DNA of 63,750 nucleotides, the filler included, from Collodictyon triciliatum (lineage: Eukaryota): the NCBI GenBank assembly GCA_043381765.1. It is 15 parts of 15 records of this genome, joined end to end, with 100 filler letters (N's around TTAATTAATTAA, not from the genome) between each part and the next. Parts side by side here need not be neighbours in the genome. Positions count along the whole stretch, not along the records: positions 39,003 to 43,045 come from JBHJMP010006558.1; positions 43,146 to 47,188 come from JBHJMP010006559.1; positions 47,289 to 51,330 come from JBHJMP010006560.1; positions 51,431 to 55,471 come from JBHJMP010006561.1; 11 more parts are not named here. The stretch is one strand, 5' to 3'. Shown here one piece after another: positions 39,423 through 55,268 of this stretch (positions within the stretch are counted from its first letter, which is position 1; each line of letters opens with the position of its first letter). Under the pieces are notes generated by a model. The model saw nothing but the letters and a program-made list of their open reading frames with translations. It did no database searches and was not told the origin of the DNA. A program made the translations under genes and the position numbers.

Positions 39423-41472
39423 GGCCAGCGCGAAGAGGTGCACGATCGCTTCTCGGATGTAAATCTGCCTCCCTCCGCTAAATTGAGTGTTTCACAAGTC
39501 CCTAGGTCGCTCGATGGGCTTAAAAGGCTAGCGGTGTGTATTTATAAACTATTGGAAATGATCTACCATTGCAATCGCTCATACCAGTACTTTTCCATAC
39601 GACATACAAGAATTTTATTGATATATCCTTTTCAACTCAAAATATCATCTGGATATCGATATTTGGCATCCAAAATAGCGTTCTTTTGTGACTGATGCAT
39701 TTATTTAGAGACCTGCAAAATATGCTCATTCTTCTCATCTGCAATTAGCAAGTCGGCTCTTGGGTCAGCTTCCTCCAATTGAGTGAAAGCCTTGTGTCCG
39801 AGACCAAGAATCCTCAAGAGAAGCTCCACTTTCAATGTTGCAGATTGATTGGTCTCTTTAGGCTGAAAAGGTACCCCTCCATTCGCCGAATTTATTACTT
39901 TGGGTTGATTTTCTTTATTAAAAAAATTGATAAGAAATAACGCAAGGCGAAAAAAAAAGTACAATTGATTGCAGGCAATATACGCATACCAATAGATGGT
40001 TAATTTATATTATCTTCTATGACAACAAAGGATATTTCCACACACACACACAAAATTAATGTGAAAGACATCTAATATCGAGAACATGGGTATTTCATCG
40101 CAGATTTTCCTTTTGCGAACAGTACTTTAACGACTTGGGCGACCTTAATGATGCAAAGTATCGCTTTGAAACCTATCCCGAATACTTTGAGATCAAGACT
40201 GGTAATTATAGGAGGAAAATATTTTCTTTTGAATGAAGTTAACGAATTCTATCTTGCTGAAACGCCTTAATTTGATAAGACCTTGAGCATTTCGTTGACG
40301 TTGTTGAATGTTCTTACCGTCTTTGTATTATAGGTTCTATGATTCCATTCACACTTCGGCTTCTTCATGCTGAAATTCCACACCGAACTGGGAACACTCT
40401 CTTGACTCTTGATCGACTGTATCAACTCCTAACAGCTTGTGAACGTGAAAAATTGAAGATCGAAAAGTAGTTTATTTTTCTCTTCCTCTTTTTCCTTTTA
40501 TCTTTTCATTTTTTTTAAAAAAATAAAAATAATAAACCAATTAAATAGTAATACTCTACAATGCCTTGAATTTTTCACGTTATTTTTTTTTTTTATTCTT
40601 CCTTTCAATTTTGTGCAGGATGGTGTTTTCACCTTATTTTAAAAAAGAGGGATTTCCCTACTAACCATCTACTCCATACTATCTCGATTGCAGAGAGGTG
40701 AATGATGTCCTGGAATTCATGACGAAAAAGGAGCAACCCATCATGGTCGTAAAAACAGGAGCTGAGCTTCTGCCCGAAAAAGAGTCTTCAAGTGAAGAGA
40801 AGCCAGCATTTGATACGACAGGGAAAGAAGATTCTGTCCAAGATAATTTTGCATTAGTTGAAGAAAACAAAGGGGATGAACCTGCGGATAAAGTAGAGCT
40901 CATCGAGGAGGTAATCAGAGCTGGCGTCGATTCGAATTCAGACGTCGATGTCAAGGAAGTTGGTGAAGACCTTCCACTGGATGATGAGAGCGGAGCCACG
41001 CAGGGCGAAAGAGTGATTGATGAAATTATGAACACAGGTGACTTTCTTCTTGCACAAAAGGCACCAGAGCCAGTCCTACAAGTCGAAAGTGTTTCCAATC
41101 AAAAAGTTGAAGTCACAGAAGACCACGAGATTCGCCTAGCGTCTTTACGTAAATATAATCACACGCTACTATTCATATCCTTCTTGAATTAATTTTTTAA
41201 GTCATAATTCATTAATGTCGACAGATGCCACCATTTAATTCATTTCAATGACCTTGTTATCTGCAAATAAACGTTTACATTCAAATTAGGTGACCTCCTA
41301 TCGGCTCTCTCGTATCGCATAGCCAGAATTCAATTTTCTGTGGCAAACCATCACATAGAGATGAGAGACTACTATTCTGCTCTTCTCATTCTTTCCAGCA
41401 TGGCAAAACAGTTCTCTTCTGACCCCTACGTCTTGTCGTGCATCGGAAAGTGCTACATCACGGTGATCAACA

Positions 41473-41532
<60 letters not shown>

Positions 41533-42616
41533 TCATAATTCAATATTTTGGGTTTGTAGAATTTTTAAAATCTTCCTTCAAAATCCGACAATCGACATAG
41601 TGGTTTTAAGAATCTTTTAGCTGATTAGCCTCTATTTCCTCATGCAGTTGGGTGATTCAAAGGCTGCCGAGAACATTTGTAAACGAATGGAACTCCTCTT
41701 TCCGTCGCCAGAGACATCGCCATTAATCAGATTAATGAAGTAGCACCCAGCTGCTTATTGAAAGAAAAATGAAACACATTCTCTTTACCTTAGTCCTTTG
41801 GTTAGAAGAGCTAATATTAACGACAATTAATCTTTTTTTTTTTTATATAAAAAAAATCATCAGGGGGTTCGTATGTATCTCTCAGGGACAATTTATGCCT
41901 GCTTATGACCATTTTCAAGCAGCATTCACACTTAGCCCACTTGACCCATCTATCATTAATAACGTGGCCACATGCTGCCTCTATGTTGGCCAACTCAGCA
42001 GGTACTCGACGCTATAGCTATCATAATATATTTCCAACCCTCCATTCAATTTTCTTTTCTTTTCTTTTCTTTTCTTTTCTTTTCTTTTCTTTTCTTTTCT
42101 TTTCTTTTCTTTTCTTTTCTTTTCTTTTCTTTTCTTTTCTTTTCTTTTCTTTTCTTTTCTTTTCTTTTCTTTTCTTTTCTTTTCTTTTCTTTTCTTTTCT
42201 TTTCTTTTCTTTCCTCATTTATTCCTTCTGGATTATCATTTCTGTGATATTTTCGTTTGTAATTGTACCATAGAGCGGTTGAAACGCTAGAGGGCGCCAT
42301 CAAGCGAGATCCAAACCGCTTCGTCACTGAACCAATTGTTTTCAATCTCTGCACTTTATACGAGATGGTAATTTCATTCAACTTTTGTATATAGCATCGA
42401 GCCATTTGCATCGTTATTTTCTCTGGAGAAACGTGCATATATATAAAGAAGCACATAACAGGATTATAATACTATTGCTCAGAGCCTTTGTGATATTACC
42501 TCAACATCTATCCACTCTAGTACGAAAATCCCACAGAGAGCAAAAAAAGCCTTCAGACAATCGTGGTGAATTACGGTTCGGATGATTTTGACCAGTCAGT
42601 TCTGAGGCTCTCTTAA
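39423..42616 (+). CDS. TRAPPC12: Trafficking protein particle complex subunit 12 (5' truncated)
   Basis: FETYPEYFEIKTGSMIPFTLRLLHAEIP...LDRLY, TPRs, NNVATCCLYVGQL, IVFNLCTLYEM, C-terminus YGSDDFDQSVLRLS*. Confidence 0.9.
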
Positions 42617-42744
42617 ACCCGAAGGCCCGGGACAAAAAGGAATGTCGCTTGTCTCAGAGCAGGTCGAAGACTCTCGGGCGGAGCCGACCTCAAAGCATCC
42701 TCCGCGAAGAGATCAAACCAAGAAACAAATAAATGAAAGGAAAA

Positions 42745-42859
42745 CAAGAAACACGCGCATCTTGCCAACCCTTTCTAAAATTCTCTGCGGAGGAGGCTTT
42801 GGCCCTGGTACAACAAACGAGGTGTTGTCCGTGGAGCGAATCAGAAAAGAAACGGGAAA
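42745..42859 (-). CDS. Probable late exon of an unidentified gene converging on TRAPPC12
   Basis: CAG-bounded open segment FPVSFLIRSTDNTSFVVPGPKPPPQRILERVGKMR. Confidence 0.3.
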
Positions 42860-43145
42860 CCTGTTTTTTTTTGTTTATGTTTTTGTGTTTTGTATTTGCT
42901 TCGTTCATTTTGTTTTGTATTTGTTTTGTTGCTTTTCTTTTTGTTGTTTCTTTTTTCTTTTTCTTTTTCTTTTTCTTTTTCTTTTTCTTTTTCTTTTTCT
43001 TTTTCTTTTTCTTTTTCTTTTTCTTTTTCTTTTTCTTTTTCTTTTNNNNNNNNNNNNNNNNNNNNNNNNNNNNNNNNNNNNNNNNNNNNTTAATTAATTA
43101 ANNNNNNNNNNNNNNNNNNNNNNNNNNNNNNNNNNNNNNNNNNNN

Positions 43146-43340
43146 ATGGTGTTTTATGGTGTTTTATGGTGTTTTATGGTGTTTTATGGTGTTTTATGGT
43201 GTTTTATGGTGTTTTAGGGTGTTTTATGGTGTTTTAGGGTGTTTTAGGGTGTTTTAGGGTGTTTTAGGGTGTTTTAGGGTGTTTTAGGGTGTTTTAGGGT
43301 GTTTTAGGGTGTTTTAGGGTGTTTTAGGGTGTTTTATGGT
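43146..43340. repeat. Decamer array (ATGGTGTTTT)/(AGGGTGTTTT)n inside a kinase intron
   Basis: Tandem 10-mers with two variant blocks. Confidence 0.92.
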
Positions 43341-43413
43341 GTTTTTTTCCTGGTTTTTTTAAAAAGAATAAACAAAGTCTTGAAATTACATATGAAACAA
43401 AATCGACAGTTAC

Positions 43414-46053
<2,640 letters not shown>

Positions 46054-47081
46054 ATTACACCAGAACAGCTGAAGGACGGCTGGATAATATTATTATTGTT
46101 GTTGTTGTTTTCACTATCAATGCTCTTCTGACTGGCTCTTCTTTCCTCTTGCTTCCGATCTCACCAGGTAAGACTTGGGATCTTTCTATACTCAAGGCTG
46201 CTTTTGTGCGTGGATGTTCCCACTTTGCGGTGGGACGATAACTCCTCAAGCGCTTGGGCTGCAATGAGAGGCGGATATAGAGAGAGAGAGAGAGAGAAAA
46301 ATAAGAAAATAGAGTTAGACGCAACTCTGGCATTGGTGAACAGCCCACAATGCCTTCTTCCTTATGCTTCCTAGTATACACCGTTTGCAAGTGTGACTGC
46401 AGTGTCGCTTTTGCGTTGCCTGTGCTTTGTGTTTGCTTGCGTAATCCAAAGGTGGCTGTGGCAGATTCAAACAAACGAACCGCGGCCTGATTCGCGTGTC
46501 AGGATGTCAACAAGCGAACGCCAGTCAAACCATCTTCTGGAATTTATAATATTTGTTATATTTTACACTTATGTGAAACTATTTTCATATTAATAATAAT
46601 GTTAAGTATTCATATTGCATATACTTGCGTTAGAAAAATTGTATCAATTATTGCCACTTTAGTGAGTATTTTCGTGCATCTCGGGTCACATCACGCGTGA
46701 TGATATTATTAATGGTTAAGTCTGTCTAAATACTATAATATCAACATATCATTATCTTGTTGAGCGTCAATCGAATTATCTTGAAGAAATTACGAATATT
46801 TATCATAAATTCCAGAATTATAGAATGGAATGGCATTTGCATGACCACACGAACACATTCCTAAATCGCCAAATTGAGATTAGTCGCCAGTCCCTGCGTG
46901 GGTCACCCATTTGTTTGAATATGTTAGATTCGCAAAACTAAAATACAGCGTAAAAGCCAAACCAACAACGCCACCGATCAAACAACCCTCGCCCATTTCC
47001 CAACACACTGGAAAAACTTGTCTCAAGCAACGAAAAAAACCCCTCAACCACGCCTCATCGTGCTGTAACAATTACTACTAG

Positions 47082-47125
47082 ATGGCCGAGGATCTTGCCG
47101 CCCGCTACGGAACAGAGAAGGATCG
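47082..47125 (+). CDS. First exon of an unidentified gene divergent from the kinase (MAEDLAARYGTEKDR)
   Basis: ATG, GC-rich codons, GTAAGC donor. Confidence 0.5.
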
Positions 47126-47370
47126 GTAAGCACACGAACCACCCCACTTTTGTTTAAACCCGCCCTCTCCTTGTCCCTTTTCTCTATTNNNNNNNNNNNN
47201 NNNNNNNNNNNNNNNNNNNNNNNNNNNNNNNNTTAATTAATTAANNNNNNNNNNNNNNNNNNNNNNNNNNNNNNNNNNNNNNNNNNNNATTATTGTTATT
47301 ATTGTTATTATTGTTATTATTGTTATTATTGTTATTATTGTTATTATTGTTATTATTATTGTTGTTGTTG

Positions 47371-47467
<97 letters not shown>

Positions 47468-47543
47468 GCTTGGGGAAATTAATTTAACCTCGAATCAACG
47501 CAATTTTCATCGAATAACAAAATTTTAACTTAATGACAACCAG

Positions 47544-48752
47544 GCGCTTCCGAAGGAAAGGTGGCTCTTATAAGTGAACCAAAATTTTAAAGAAAGAAAA
47601 AAACGAAATTAATAGTGAGCACTATGAAAGATAGTTTCCACTTGTCTAAATATGTCTTCAGGGATTAGGCAATAAGTTCTTGGACGACTTGAGACATGCT
47701 GATGTGTTGATGCATGTTTTAGATGTTAGTGGTACTACGAATGAAAAGGGTTTGCTTATATACTATTAGTTTCCTATAGCTGTATCGAGGTTTTGTAATA
47801 TAAAGAAGAATAGAATAGAATATATCGTTTACAATTCAAACGTCGATAGGAGAAGAAACCACTGGATATGACCCTATTGGCGATGCTGAATGGCTCAAGA
47901 AGGAAATACATGAGTATCTTTTCCAGACAAGACATAATTTGAATAAAAAAAAATACGATGACANNNNNNNNNNNNNNNNNNNNNNNNNNNNNNNNNNNNN
48001 NNNNNNNNNNNNNNNNNNNNNNNNNNNNNNNNNNNNNNNNNNNNNNNNNNNNNNNNNNNNNNNNNNNNNNNNNNNNNNNNNNNNNNNNNNNNNNNNNNNN
48101 NNNNNNNNNNNNNNNNNNNNNNNNNNNNNNNNNNNNNNNNNNNNNNNNNNNNNNNNNNNNNNNNNNNNNNNNNNNNNNNNNNNNNNNNNNNNNNNNNNNN
48201 NNNNNNNNNNNNNNNNNNNNNNNNNNNNNNNNNNNNNNNNNNNNNNNNNNNNNNNNNNNNNNNNNNNNNNNNNNNNNNNNNNNNNNNNNNNNNNNNNNNN
48301 NNNNNNNNNNNNNNNNNNNNNNNNNNNNNNNNNNNNNNNNNNNNNNNNNNNNNNNNNNNNNNNNNNNNNNNNNNNNNNNNNNNNNNNNNNNNNNNNNNNN
48401 NNNNNNNNNNNNNNNNNNNNNNNNNNNNNNNNNNNNNNNNNNNNNNNNNNNNNNNNNNNNNNNNNNNNNNNNNNNNNNNNNNNNNNNNNNNNNNNNNNNN
48501 NNNNNNNNNNNNNNNNNNNNNNNNNNNNNNNNNNNNNNNNNNNNNNNNNNNNNNNNNNNNNNNNNNNNNNNNNNNNNNNNNNNNNNNNNNNNNNNNNNNN
48601 NNNNNNNNNNNNNNTATTTTGGCTGGTAAAAATGTACTAGAAACGTATCGTTCCAGTTTCCGCTCTTGCAGAATGTTTTCTGAAGAAAATGGCGAAGCAA
48701 AACTTTATCAAGTAATATTTACGTATACTTAACCACCATTCAGTAAAATAAA

Positions 48753-48849
<97 letters not shown>

Positions 48850-50277
48850 CTTTAAATTTTGTTAAAGATGATGCGATGTTGGCTTTGATTGGCTAGACAC
48901 CGATAAAAAAGTATTGTCTTAATAACTACAAATGATCGATACAGGTATAAAACGAGCGAGGGTGACTTTACAACTTTGGAGGATGCAGAACCAGGGAAGG
49001 TTTGTTGATTTGTATTGTATATTTCTCTTTTTCTTTACAAGATCTACGGATTTATTCGTATATGTCCTTCTCTTTTTTTCGGTTCATGAAATTAGTAAGC
49101 CTTTCTATAAATTTACTTGGAACATGATGAAAAGTGATTTTGATGGGATTAAACAAATCTATTGATGCAGGCCTGCAATTTGAAAGCAATAGACCCGAAA
49201 ACAAAAGCCAGGCTGGAGAAGATTCGAGATATGGTTCTGTTCCGGTTTGTTAATCTCTTCAACATGCATGCAAAATTATACGCGCTTTACACATACTGAG
49301 CATGTATGCAGAATGTTTAGATATTTTGACTCGTCTCTTTTAATTTTTTAATCGATTCGATAGGTATGGTGGGACAGGCGTAACAGAGGTATTCCCACAA
49401 ACATGCTGCTCGTCATTTCGTTTCTTATTCATCATTCTATATCCTAAAGTAATACTTTTTTTAAAAAAAAAAATTAGGCTATCAAGCGAGCTGTTGCAAT
49501 AAAAAGCCCAATACCGATGTATTTTTTTTTTAAAAAAAAAAAGAAGCGATAACACCAAAACTAATACATAATCATACAAGATATATAGGAATTTTGTAAG
49601 TGATTTTAATCATTTCACTGAAACTCTAGATTTCCAACAAAAAATATCGCCCAGCTCTCCAATCCAAAGTGAGCATAAAATTTTCATGGCGGACTTTTGT
49701 TTTTTTTATAAAAAAATTCTTAACTTTTGTATTTGAAATCATTTTGTTTTCATTAAGCGTCACAGTGGAATATTTTCTTTTATACTTTTTTAAAAGAACA
49801 TTTCGCAGTCCATTCATCTCAATCTGAAAATTGTCTTAATGAAAATAAATGAATCACAGCAACACAGAAAGAATCTTCCGCGATTGCGTCCTTGTTGCCC
49901 CGGGTACGACTATTCGTGAGCTTGCGCACATCCTGCATCCAGATATTGACCGCTTCTTCCTGTATGCGGAAGTTGTAGCTGAAGACAGGGTTTGCCACCA
50001 TGTCAAATTTTTCTCTTATCTTTCTCTTCATCACTGTTTTTGCCTCCTAATTAATATCTGTTTCGAATCCAATGATTTTCATTTATGAACTTTTTTTTTA
50101 TTATTATTTCTCAACATTACCATATTTTTTTCTTTAAAAAACAAGATACTTCAAGTCGGTGAAGGCGATGTTGTTTCGACATCAGGCAATATTATCAAGT
50201 TTACTACGTCCCAATCAGAGAGCACTTCGGCATCTTCGTCCTCTGGTGGTCCAGCATCCCAAAGAGATAGGAAATAA
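47544..50277 (+). CDS. OBG-family GTPase, YGR210C-like (5' truncated, internal gap)
   Basis: [79 protein letters not shown]. Confidence 0.9.
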
Positions 50278-50629
50278 ATATATTAAAAAAAATTAATGTT
50301 TCGACAGGTATTGATTTCCCATATGAACAATCGCGTGCGCAAGTCTAGCATTTACGCCCGTAGTGATTGGCTGCGCTTGAAAATCAGTCCAAAATATCAT
50401 AACATGTATATTATTTTGAGGAATATATTATTTTTATTGAATTTTCATTTGCATATATTGTCTGACAGCAGAATATTAATTTGCATATGGAAAACTGTTT
50501 TAAATTCCACATTAGAATATATACCTTTCACCACCAACCCCATAAGGACAACAATTCTTTGAAAGTTCTTTACAGGTGTTCTGCATCTGTAACGGTTGTG
50601 CACTACGCGGAAATTTCGCAGGCATCGAC

Positions 50630-51153
50630 TAATTGTGGAATACCTTTCTTCCACTTCCGGCGTCCATAGTCAAGTCATCCAAAGACCACAAGGCGCGCAT
50701 CCCGCACATAAAGCTCGTGATCTGCTCGGTTCTGTGTCGGGCAATTTGGCGCGGAGAGAATAGACAGCAACAAAGAACGATCCCGATCACTCACGTTTCC
50801 TGTCGGGAGAACAAGCGCGTGTGGGAATTCACCACAAGACTATATTCTCTGGGGTTATGGGAGGCCCTTGTCCTCTAATCTTTTCTTTTCTTTTCTTTTC
50901 TTTTCTTTTTTGACTCGAGTGGGTCGAACATTATCACCATTGGCCACTCGCCACTCATGTGTGATATTGTTGTTTGTGTGGGAATAGCCCGGCCCCATAT
51001 ACACGAACGAGATCAGGTTAGGGTGAGGATGTTGAGATCACTCACCCAGCCCCAGCTTTCTAGTGATCGGAGCAGTGATCCGATCGCTGCTTTGGTCGGC
51101 TTCTTCCTGCGTGTCGTTGTTATCAACTTACCTGGTGGTTGCAGCCTCGGCCA
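50630..51153 (-). CDS. Uncharacterised multi-exon gene fragment
   Basis: GC-rich segments bounded by GTGAGT donors and AG acceptors join in frame (...LESWGW|RTRASHNPREYSLVV...QET|TEQITSFMCGMRALW); no family recognised. Confidence 0.35.
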
Positions 51154-51248
51154 TAGAAGGGAAAAAGAGATCGCAGAACGAAAAAACAAAAAAATAAAAA
51201 AACAAAACATAAAAACAAAACATAAAAACAAAACATAAAAACAAAACA

Positions 51249-51280
<32 letters not shown>

Positions 51281-51430
51281 AACAAAACAAAAAAAACAAA
51301 ACAAAAAAAACAAAAAACAAAACAAAAAACNNNNNNNNNNNNNNNNNNNNNNNNNNNNNNNNNNNNNNNNNNNNTTAATTAATTAANNNNNNNNNNNNNN
51401 NNNNNNNNNNNNNNNNNNNNNNNNNNNNNN

Positions 51431-51510
<80 letters not shown>

Positions 51511-51803
51511 AGCGATGTTGGTTCAAATTGTTTTCAACGATTTGTGTCCTTTTTTTTTTACCACACCCGCCGCTCATAAAAAAAAACAATATTTAAAAAT
51601 GAAAACCGGTAGATGAAGCGAAGAAATATAGATATGTTGTGTTCTGGGAGGAAAGCAATAATTTTGAAAACAAGTGGGAATACAAAAAATAAAATAAAAA
51701 ATCACTGTTAACTTCAAAAAAGGGACAAGGAAAAGGGAAAATGACTAATTTTGGGTCTTGTGGATGGATATATGTTGTTTTTTTGTTGTTCAAGATTACT
51801 TAC

Positions 51804-54800
51804 ACAATTCCGTATTGATTTAGCGCTGCGGCGATGGCGCCAATCATCGTTGCCTGAAGGGAATCCTTAAAGAGCTTCGTATATGTGGTTGGCTCGATTT
51901 CCTTGAAGCAGATAAACTCATTAAGTGATCGAGCGAAGGCGATATTGAAAGTAATGAATGTCATCAACCGTTAATATAAATAAGGATGAACTAATTGACA
52001 AAGCCAACCATGAAATAATTGTAAAAGCTCTCATTGGGGAGATTTTTCAATTCCTTCCATCCCCTCTCGAATTCGTAGTACGACTTTGGAGCAGGAAGTG
52101 ACTTGACCGCCAGAGGTGCTATATCAGACAAGAAAACACGCGATGTTGAGAGTTGTATAGTTATTATTTCGAGAGAGAAGATGGTGCAAATGTTTTGGGC
52201 TATAACCTTTGGTAGCTGAATGCTGCTCTTGCTTTGCTGAAGGCACTTTGGGCTCGGCTTTGGGCTCGGCTTTGGGCTCGGCTTTGGGCTCGGCTTTGGG
52301 CTCGGCTTTGGGCTCGGCTTTGGGTTCGACTTTAGGCTCCGTTTTGGGCTCGACTTTGGGCTCGACTTTGGGCTCAGCTTTGGGCTCGACTTTGGGCTTG
52401 ACTTTGGGCTCCGTTTTGGGCGCAGCTTTCGTAATTTGTGGTGTTTGTTCGTCCTCTTCAATCACCTGGAAGCGATGGCTTTTCGGTTGCACTGAAGATG
52501 CTTTAGCTTCTGTTGTTGTTTTTGGTTGTGTAGTTGGTTTTGGTGCTGGCTTTGACACAGGAACAACATTTTCGTCCTCTTCGTCTTCTACTTCTTGAAT
52601 GGTCATTCGTTTTGTGGCTTTCTAAAATCACCATATATCATGTGGATAGCTCAATATCTTAAGAGTGACCAAGGCGCAAAAATACTAATCTTTGTGAATG
52701 AATCAGCATATGTAATGTTTGTTCTAATAGCCACATTTGTTTGGTGAGCACATACCGCACCGCTGGCCTGCGTTTTGATCACCTCTTTTGTTTTTATGAT
52801 GTCTTGCTTGGTTTGGATATTTGACGGCTCCAAACTCAAGGCGAACTCAAAATCTGCCATTTAGGGGAATGGATGTAAGTGAACGTTGAGATAAAAAGAG
52901 AATATGCAAAATAATTAAATAACACATAGGTAAATACATAAATCTATATTATCAATTGCGAGAAACAGTTTCTGATGTACCAAATAAGCGCAGAGAATAG
53001 CGAGTGTGAGGACGTATTAAAACGCTGATGATAATATTGTTTATATAATAAAAGAATCATCAGAGTGGAACTTTTTTTCTCGTGATGATGACAATAAACC
53101 TGCAAGTGCCTCATTCAAAAGATTCATGCCCCTCAAAGCAGTGGCTCGGCGGGTGTAGGACTTTACGTATTTTGCGTCTATTGAGATGGAGCGATTGCAA
53201 TCTTCATATGCCATTTGAAATCTGCAATATCCAGTGATAGAGAGATGTAGCAAAGTTTCTCATGAGAAAAGGCTATTAGCAAGGAGAAGTGGATGTAAGG
53301 TAGTTGGTTGTGATAAAAACAATGAATAGTGCTGCTTGCTTACTTGTCCAGTTTGAGATATGCCATTGCCCTATTTGAATACACAACAGCACTCGACGGA
53401 TCAAGTAGAATGCTTCGAGAGTAGGACTGGACTGCATCTTCGTATTTTCCTGCTTTGAAAGCGTCATTGCCCTATTCAAATTCGATGTTGAATTTGTAAC
53501 CCCATGAGAAGAAATAACTCTCTCAAAAGGTGGCGACTTTGACGTCGGTTTCGTTTCAGTTAATTCTTGATTGCAAATGTGCATGATAATATCATTATTC
53601 CCAAAAACTCTGGCAAACTTTGTCCTTCTCGATAAGGGCCAGTTCTGCATCAGTCTTCTTCTCATCTTTGGGCTTTGGCTCTTCCTTGGGCTTTGGCTCT
53701 TCCTTAGGCTTCGACTCGTCCTTAGGTTTTGGCTCATCCTTGGGCTTTGCCTGGTGAATAATGTCCTCCTTAAAAGTCCTTCTTTTCTTTTCTTTTCTTT
53801 TCTTTTCTTTTCTTTTCTTTTCTTTTCTTTTCTTTTCTTTTCTTTTCTTTTCTTTTCTTTTCTTTTCTTTTCTTTTCTTTTCACTCCGGCATCCGTTTCC
53901 TCATTCAATATCCCCCTCTTGTTAAGAGGCCCAAAAGAAAAGATAGCAGGAGAGACAATATTCGCCATGAAAGTGTCATAAGATGTATGCTATGTTGCAC
54001 ATAGATAATTCTTACACTTTTAGGATTATGGTTTGATGCGGACTCCGGGTTTGTCGATGGAGAGTCAGCATTTTTCTTTTGGGTGGCAGCCTTTGAGCTC
54101 GAGGAGATCTTTGCGTGTGATTCTGGTGCCTGAGACGTGCCACGAACCGGAGGATAGGAGCCTTGCTGTTGCTTTCATGTTTGTGTGGTGTGAGGGGGAA
54201 AAAAAAAGTGGGATGTGTTAATGCTGTTTCAGTTGTGATTTGGAGCTTTTGGATGGATAAATAAATACACAAGCAGCTTTTGAGACTATTCTTGTCATGT
54301 GGCCAGAAGAGTTTTGTGTATGATTGAAAATGTTTATCACAAAAAGAAAGGCACATTGGTGCATAGTTAAACGAGATAATGAGAGTAAACTGGCGCGGCA
54401 CATCTGGTGAAAACAAAACGGGCAAATATACACTTTTTTCTTTTAAATAAATGATTAAATAAATGATTAAATAAATGATTAAATAAAAAACGATTAAATG
54501 AATAAAAAATAAATAAATGATAAAAAAACAAAAATGATAAAACAAAAATGATAAAACAAAAATGATAAAATAAATAAATGATAAAATCAAATGGTTAGGT
54601 TAACGGTTGGAGGAAACGAGGGTCTTCGAATCTGTTTTCTAGGCCGAGCTCGGGATAACAAAAGAAGAGGAGAGACCGGAGAGTGGAAAGGACAAGACAA
54701 GACAGGACATACTTTTGCAGTGGGCTTTTTCTCGCTGAGATCTTTGTCCTTCTTCTTTATCTCTGCCTCCCACTTGCGCAGATCAGCAAACGCCTCCTGC

Positions 54801-54844
54801 ATTTCCTCCATGTTGCGCCGCACATTCAGCTGTGCCTCCGCCAT
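51804..54844 (-). CDS. RPAP3: RNA polymerase II-associated protein 3 (R2TP co-chaperone), 3' truncated
   Basis: N-terminus QLNVRRNMEEMQEAFADLRKWEAEIKKKD; TPR clamp KDKGNDAFKAGKY...YSNRAMAYLKL...YVKSYTRRA; RPAP3_C PKSYYEFERGWK; EPKA repeats. Confidence 0.9.
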
Positions 54845-55027
54845 AACGCGCCGTCAAAGTCTACGGAATCATGCGGCAAAAGTAAGCGAAAAAAAAAAGC
54901 ATATGAAGTAATAAAAAGAAAAAGAAAAAGAAAAAGAAAAAAGAAAAAAGAAAAAAGAAAAAAGAAAAAGAAAAAAGTAGAAAGAGAACATAAAACAAGA
55001 AGGGACTCTGTCATTTCCTAGTCAAGC

Positions 55028-55268
55028 TTAGTAGGCAAGTAAGAGCCAAGAGGTATCTTTATCAAGCGAGCAATCTTGTGAGCAGGAAAGTTGTAGAGTC
55101 TGAGCCTCAGGAATCGAGACACTCAAAGACGAATGAAAGACTTCCGTTTTTCCAGCAGAAGCTTTGCTCCAAACTGCAGTAACCATCATCAGTGTTTCCG
55201 TTCGCCACTGTTTCGCTCGCTCGACAAGTCGGCCACACAAGCAGACACCAAAACAGCACAACTCCCAA
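55028..55268 (-). CDS. Probable last exon of an unidentified gene upstream of RPAP3
   Basis: AG-bounded, more GC-rich open frame ending in TAA. Confidence 0.3.
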
